This document shows, one piece after another, positions 54,951 through 64,000 of a stretch of DNA of 64,000 nucleotides. The translations under genes were made by a program, and so were the position numbers. The first letter of the stretch is position 1; every line of letters begins with the position of its first letter. The notes beneath the pieces are model-generated. The model was not told where the DNA came from, searched no databases, and saw only the letters and a program-made list of their open reading frames with translations. The DNA is from the human T2T-CHM13v2.0 reference genome, Homo sapiens, in assembly GCF_009914755.1 (NCBI RefSeq), contig NC_060926.1; one strand, given 5' to 3'.

Positions 54951-56360
54951 TGCAGGTAGCTTCCTAGCATGACCTGGAAATTTCACAAATAGAAAACAGG
55001 CAACAGTGTTATATGATCATGAAAGTTTAAATTGGATCAAAATAACTTGATGATGAAACCGGAAAATTTTTCATATGCATGCCAAAGGAAAACAGTTTTT
55101 TTCTTTTTTTTCTTTGAGTTTTCCCCAGTGTGACTTGTAACTGTTACAGAGGCAAGACTGTGTATACATTTGCTTCTCAGTCAACTATTTGCAAATTTGT
55201 GACACAGAAGTTATTAGACTACATAAGAAAGAGCTGCTATATATTCTACATTTATAAATATATATCTGTTTGTCATATATCTATGATAAAAGTGTTATAT
55301 GTATCAACATGTTTCCTTTTTCTTCAGCTCTTTTTATATTTTGGCTTGATTTAAGCTTGATTTTATAAGTGCTGTGTTACACTGTCAATGAAAATTAAAG
55401 TTTCTCTTGATCTTAGTTAGACACTCTCCAGGTACCTGTATCAGAGACGTAGACAAATGTCACAGTCTAGCTCAAGGAAAGAAACAAGAGGTGATCAATA
55501 GAAATTCAGTAATTGATAAAAGAAAGAACCCCAGAGCCCTTACCATGTGCCATTCATGAATGCCGCATTGAACAGGACAGATCGACACTTGCCTTCACCA
55601 GCTGTCAGTCTAATTGCCCCCAAGGACCTTCTAATTTTCTTGACTTGGGCCTCCTTGCACCCTCCATGGTCTCTGGCCCACCTCATTGTCCCCATTATAG
55701 CTCTGCAGCTTCTTTCCTTTCCTCCTGCTTCTTTCATTCCCGGTCTCCCTACATCACAGTAGGGGGTTGACCCATGGAAAATCTGGTCATAGGAATCTCC
55801 AGGAAGGCAGTGTCCCAATTAGGGGAAAGAGACTGCCTTCACTTTAACACAAGCCCAGGAAAAAGTTGGCACATTCTGCGACAACGTTCTGGTTTTCTAG
55901 TTTGCTCCTAGTTTACTGTCCCTGCTACCTCTTCTCCAACTTGTAAGGAAATAGCTTCATAAAATTGGTTGGAGCATGACAAAATTTTATGCTGACTACT
56001 TCCCCCCAACACACATCTTTTCTTTTTCTTTTTTTTTCTCTACTAAGGGTGTCACATCTTGGTCGTAGGGCCCATCTCCTAACTTTCCATGAATGTAGGC
56101 TGCCACTCAATTGGTTTCAAGGTTCAGGGTCTGGGTAAGTGGAGGTTTGACTGGTTAGATGTTTATTCAATACATTTGATCCTACTCAAGTGCAAGGAGA
56201 GTATACATCTTTAGGTGTACAGGTCTGGAGTTAGGTGAGCAGGAAATGGACAGTTTCCAGACTATCCTGAGTTCAAATCCCAGTCTCTCCACTTACCATC
56301 CTAATGAGCAATTACTTAAATTTTCTGGATGTGCATTCCCTTATTAGAAACAGAGCATGA

Positions 56361-56659
56361 GGCCTGGTGTGGTGGCTCATGCCTGTAATCTCAGCACTTT
56401 GGGAGGCCGAGATGAGCAGATCACTTGAGGCCAGGAGTTCGAGACCAGCCTGGCCAACATGGTGAAACCCCATCCCTACTAAACATACAAAAAAATTAGC
56501 TGGGCGTGGTGGTGGGGGCCTGTAATCCCAGCTACTCGGGAGGCTGAGGCAGGAGAATTGCTTGAACTCAGGAGTCAGAGGTTGCAGTGAGCTGAGAACA
56601 CGCCATTGTCATCTAGCCTGGGTGATAAGAGCGAGACTCCATCTCAAAAAAAAAAAAAG
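56361..56659 (+). mobile_element. Alu SINE (AluSz-like)
   Basis: Full dimer. Perfect 15-bp TSD AGAAACAGAGCATGA at 56346-56360 and 56660-56674. Confidence 0.96.
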
Positions 56660-56683
56660 AGAAACAGAGCATGAATGTCAGTA

Positions 56684-59351
<2,668 letters not shown>

Positions 59352-59474
59352 CACCTACTTTGGGTTGTCAAGGGATTAAATGAATTAACACATGAAATGG
59401 GCTTGAGACAGGGCCCGGCATATCATACATGCTCCAGTGTGGCAGCAAGGAGCAGGCCCTCTGTGACCCTACTT

Positions 59475-59685
59475 TGAGGGTCCTAATTCTGATCTTGCCA
59501 CTTGCTAATTGTATAACATCGAGAAGGCTGCTGACATGCTGTGCGTCAGTTTCCCCATCTATAACATAGGAATAATAATATCTGACCTAGAGGGTTATTA
59601 GAAGAATTGAGTGAGTGAATATTTGAACATGCTTAGATTAGGGTCTGGAGGATAATAAATGCCCAATAAATGTTAGTTGCTATTG
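59475..59685 (+). mobile_element. MIR SINE
   Basis: GCCACTTGCTAATTGT...TCAGTTTCCCCATCTATAACATAGGAATAATAAT...CAATAAATGTTAGTTGCTATT. Confidence 0.82.
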
Positions 59686-59958
59686 CCATCCCCTCCAGTA
59701 CCCTCAAACTTTCTATCCCCCTGTCCCACCAATTACCACATTGTGATGATTTTTCCTCCTACATTGAAATTACTCAAAGCCTTCCTTCCCTGTCATCTCT
59801 CCCCGACCATCCCTGGTTGCACACTCTCTCCCCATTCAGCCTGGCCCTCTTCAAATCCACTCTCCAGGAATCACCAGCGCCCTACCTGAAATGAAATCTA
59901 AATTCCTACTTGCCAGCTGCCTCCCTCCTGGGGCCTTCCAGCATCTTCTGTACTGGGT

Positions 59959-60348
59959 TATATTAGTTTGTTCTTTCACTGCCACAAAGAACTACCTGAG
60001 ATTGGGTAATTTATGGAGAAAAGAGGTTTAATTGACTCATAGTTCCACAAGCCTAACAGGAAGCATGACTAGGAGGCATCAGGAAACTTACAATCATGGT
60101 GGAAGGCAAAGGGGAAGCAAGCACCTTTTTCCCATGTCAGCAGGAGAGAGAAGGAGCAAAGCGGGAAGTGCCACACACTTTCAACCAACCAGATATCATG
60201 AGAACTCACTCACTATCACAAAAACAGCAAGGGGGAAGTCCACCCCCATGATTCAATCACCTCTCACCAGGCCCCTCCCCCAACACATGGGAATTACAAT
60301 TCAATTCAAGATGAGATTTGGGTGGGGACACTGAGCCAAACCAAATCA
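59959..60348 (-). mobile_element. MSTA MaLR solo LTR
   Basis: TATATTAGTTTGTTC...AGGAAACTTACAATCATGG...GAGCCAAACCAAATCA. Perfect TSD TGGGT at 59954-59958 and 60349-60353. Confidence 0.92.
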
Positions 60349-61204
60349 TGGGTCAAGCTCAAGCTCCCGCATGTGGCCCTGGGGTGCCTTCCACCTGCTG
60401 GGCCTTCCCACTTCCACCCCACCCACACCTCTCTGTCCTCTACTGAGGCCTCCACACCTGTCCTGTGCTCCTGCTGTGGCCTTTCTTATAGACGTCTTTC
60501 CCCTCACACTCTTGCTTCCCTCACCTGATAATTTAGTGCTTATCTTTTGAGACCCAGTTGAGGCTGCCAACTTCTCTAAGACACTCTCCCTGAGCCCCTT
60601 CTGGAATAAGGAGCCCCCATATAAGCTTCCTGGAGTAGCAGCCTGGGCCCATCTTGTCATTGCACTGTTACTTTTGGTTTGTGATTGTAAATTCTGTGAG
60701 CACAGAAGTTGCGAATCCTCAATTTGGCATCATCACACCTAGTAGCGTCTGGCTCTCTGCACAGATTAATTCACCTACAAAATGAAATTGCCTTGTGTAA
60801 CTACATCACACCTGGCTGTGGGATTGCTTGGAGCTTTGCCTTTAAATCATGTGATCATCTTTGAAACGTACATTTCTGAAGGGTCCATGAGGTAGCTGGC
60901 CAAGGAAGTTGGGAGCTGATATCTCCCTTTGGAATCATCTAGTGGGATTTGCTACAGGGATGAATTTCCTAACTTAGAAAATGATTAACAATTTTAAAAA
61001 ATCAATATTTGCAGTCCACCAGCCAAAGTGAGTATTTTAGGGTCTGCCTCTCCTCTTTATTCCAGGCGAGCAACTCAAGCAGTCCAGGATGCATCTCAGG
61101 CAAGGAGGGGCCACAGCACTGTCCCTGCTGCTATCTTTCAACTGGATTCACTTGTTCTCTTGGGCAATCTCCATTTACCCAATACCTGTAAGGGTAAAAT
61201 TAAG

Positions 61205-61410
61205 AAAATAGCTAACACATATTCAAGTTCTTGCCATTTACCAGGCACTGTCCTAAGATTTCATGTGTAGTAACTCATTTAATGTCTCAAGACAAATCAA
61301 CGGGACAGAGATTTTTCTCTTTGTTTTTTTATTGATGTTACAACAGCACCTGAAATGATGCCTTGCACAAAGTTAGACTTTATGAATATTTGTTGAATAA
61401 ATGAATGAGT
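61205..61410. mobile_element. MIR fragment (minus) followed by an L2 3' end (plus)
   Basis: ATAGCTAACACATATTC...CCAGGCACTGTCCTAAG, then TATTTGTTGAATAAATGAATGA. Confidence 0.6.
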
Positions 61411-61685
61411 GTAATAACCCTCCACAGTTTACAGAAATTCACCAAGTCTTCTCTTTGTTAAAAAATGAAGTTAAGGATAGTTAAGCACCTTAGACATTAC
61501 TCATCCCTGCCATTTGTGCACTAGATTTTTAAAAATATGATTCTAATAGCTTATTGCCAAAAAGTCTTGTTTGGTCTTTTTATACAAAATAAACTTTTAT
61601 AAATAGAATCTTGCCATCTCATTGACTTTATGGTTTTAGATATATTGTGGTATTTCTCATGAATCTTACCATGATGGTGGGTTCC

Positions 61686-63961
61686 TGATATTGTTTGGCT
61701 GTGTCCCCACTCAAATCTCATCTTGAACTGTAGCTCCCATAATTCCCACGTGTTGTGGGAGGGACCCAGTGGGAGATAATTGAATCATGGGGCTGGTTTC
61801 CTCCATACTGTTCTCATCATAGTGAATAAGTCTCATGAGATCTGACGGTTTTATAAGGGGAAACCCCTTTCACTTGTCTCCCATTGTCTTCTTCCCTGCC
61901 ACCATGTAAGACATGCTTTTCACCTTCTGCCATGATTTTGAGGCCTTCCCAGCCACACGGAATTGTGAGTCCATTAAACCTGTTTTTCTTTATAAATTAC
62001 CTAGCCTTGGGTATGTCTTTATCAGCGGCATGAAACGGACTAATAGAGTAAATTGGTCCCAGTAGGGTGTTGTGCTGTTGTAAACATATCCAGTGACTTT
62101 GAAACTGGGTAATAGGTAGAGGTTGGAACAGTTTGGAGGGCTCAGAAGAAGAAAGGAAAATGAGGAAAAGTTTGGAACTTCCTAGAGACTTCTTAAATGG
62201 CTTTGACCAAAATGGTGATAATGATATGGACAATGAAATCCAGGCTGAGGTGGACTCAGATGGAGATGAAGAATTTGTTGGGAACTGGAGTGAAGGTGAC
62301 TCTTTCTATGTTTTAGCAAAGAGACAGGTGGCATTTTGCCCCGGCCCTAGAGATGTGTGGAACTTTGAACTTGAGGGAGATGATTTAGGGTATCTGGCAC
62401 AAGCAATTTCTAAGCAGCAAGGCATTCAAGAGATGACTTGGGTGCTGTTAAAAACATTCTATTTTAAAAGGGAAACAGTATAAATGCTCAGAAAATTTGC
62501 AGCCTGAAGATGTGATAGAAAAGAAAAACCCATTTTCTGAGGAGAAATTCAAGCCTGCTGCAGAAATTTGTATAAATAGTGAGGAACCAAATGCTAATCC
62601 CCAAGACAATGGCAAAATGTCTACAGAGCATGTCAGAGACCTTTGCAGCAGCCCCTCCCATCACAAGCCAGGAGGCCTAGGAGGAAAAAATGGTCTCATG
62701 GGCCAGGCCCAGGGTCTTCCTGCTGTGTGCAGCCTAGGGACTTTGTGCCCTGCATCCCAGCTGCTGTAGCGATGGCTAAAAGGGGCCATGGTATAGCTGG
62801 AGGCATGGCTTTACAGGATGCAAGCCCCAAGTCTTGGCAGCTTCCACATGGTGTTGAGCCTGCAGGTTCACAGAAGTCAAGAATTGAGGTTTGGAAACCT
62901 CTGCCCAGATTTCAGAGGATGTATGGAAATGCCTGGATGTCCAGGCATAAGTTTGCTGCAGGGGCGGGGCCCTCATGGAGAACCTTTGCTAGGGTAGTGT
63001 AGAAGGGAAATGTGGGGTTGAAGCCCCTACACAGAGTCCCCATCGGGGTACTGCCTAGTAGAGCTGTGTCCTCCAGACCCTATAATGTCAGATCCACTGA
63101 CAGCTTGCACCATGCACCTGGAAAAGCTGCACTCACTGCCAGCTTGTGAAAGTAGCTGGGGTAGGGGGCTGTACCCTGCAAAGCCAGGGGAGCAGAGCTG
63201 CCCAAGACCATGGGAACCCACCTCTTGCATCAGTGTGATCTGGACGTGAGACAAAGAGTCAAAGGAGATCATTTTGGAGCTTTCAGATTTGACCACCCCA
63301 CTGGACTGTGAACTTACAGGGGGCCTGTAGCCCCTTTGTTTTGGCCAATTTCTCCCATTTGGAACAGCTGTATTTACCCAATGCCTGTACCACCATTGTA
63401 TCTAGGAAGTAACTAACTTGCTTTTGATTTTACAGGCTCATAGGTGGAAGGGACTTGCTTTGACTTGCTTTGTCTCAGATAAGACTTTGGACTGTAAACT
63501 TTTGAGTTAATGCTGAAATGACTTAAGACTTTGGGGGACTGTTGGGAAGGGATGACTGGTTTTGAAATGTGAGGACATGAGATTTGGGAAGGGCCAGGTG
63601 TGGAATGATATGATTTGGCTGTGTGCCCACCCAAATCTCATCTTGCATTGTAGCTCCCATAATTCCATGTGTTGTGGGAAGGACTCAGTGGGGGCTAATT
63701 GAATCATGGGGGCAGTTTCCGCTATACTCTTCTCATGGTAGTGAATAAGTCTCATGAGATCTAGTTGTTTTACAAGAGGTTTCCCCTTTCACTTGGCTTT
63801 CATTCTGTCTCTTGCCTGCCATCATGCAAAATGTGCCTTTTGCCTTCCATCATGATTGTGAGCCCTTCCCTTGTGAAACTGTGTGTCCATTAAACCTTTT
63901 TGCTTTATAAATTACCCAGTGTCAGGTATGTCTTTATCAGCAGTATGAAAACACTAATACA
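61686..63961 (+). mobile_element. Complete THE1 (THE1B-like) MaLR provirus: LTR 61686-62047, internal 62048-63605, LTR 63606-63961
   Basis: Two direct LTRs (TGATAT..TTTGGCTGTGT ... CTAATA(C/G)A). Internal region starts GTAAATTGG. TSD GTTCC/GTTCT. Confidence 0.95.
62133..62483 (+). pseudogene. THE1 internal MaLR ORF remnant (gag-derived)
   Basis: LEGSEEERKMRKSLELPRD...SDGDEE..GNWS...DDLGYLA..ISKQQ matches the MaLR internal ORF. The frame breaks downstream. Confidence 0.75.
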
Positions 63962-64000
63962 GTTCTAACAGTTTGTTTAATCTATTTTTTGAGTGGATGT

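Noticed and set aside
63452-63471. 10-bp tandem duplication GACTTGCTTT in the THE1 internal region (also 14 bp at 47565-47592)
   Set aside because: Ordinary slippage duplications within dead TEs.

Overview
Human-type genomic DNA (a diagnostic AluYa5 is present) with no recognisable protein-coding, rRNA or tRNA gene. It reads as intergenic or intronic sequence, and I could not identify the locus. About 1-10.8 kb and 32-42.5 kb are GC-richer and mostly unique, with MIR/L2 relics and candidate regulatory motifs. About 10.9-31.8 kb and 42.7-64 kb are dense, often nested transposable elements: 15 dimeric Alus and one monomer, old L1M copies, a 5'-truncated L1PA7-like element, MER67 and MER74 solo LTRs, several MaLR solo LTRs, a complete THE1B-like provirus, a near full-length Tigger1, a Ricksha (MULE/MuDR) transposon and MER94/MER5 relics. 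The ORFs I can recognise are TE remnants; the rest look like chance ORFs. I see no evidence for a new multi-gene system. The best leads are: a 37-bp core duplicated 3 kb apart in unique DNA, an 82-bp hairpin, a four-half-site DR0 nuclear-receptor array, an L2-derived CTCF motif, a possible + strand terminal exon, a young and possibly polymorphic AluYa5, a solo poly(A) insertion with TSD, and a micro-inversion between the two THE1 LTRs. Subfamily names come from recalled consensus sequences, and boundaries of old repeats are approximate.
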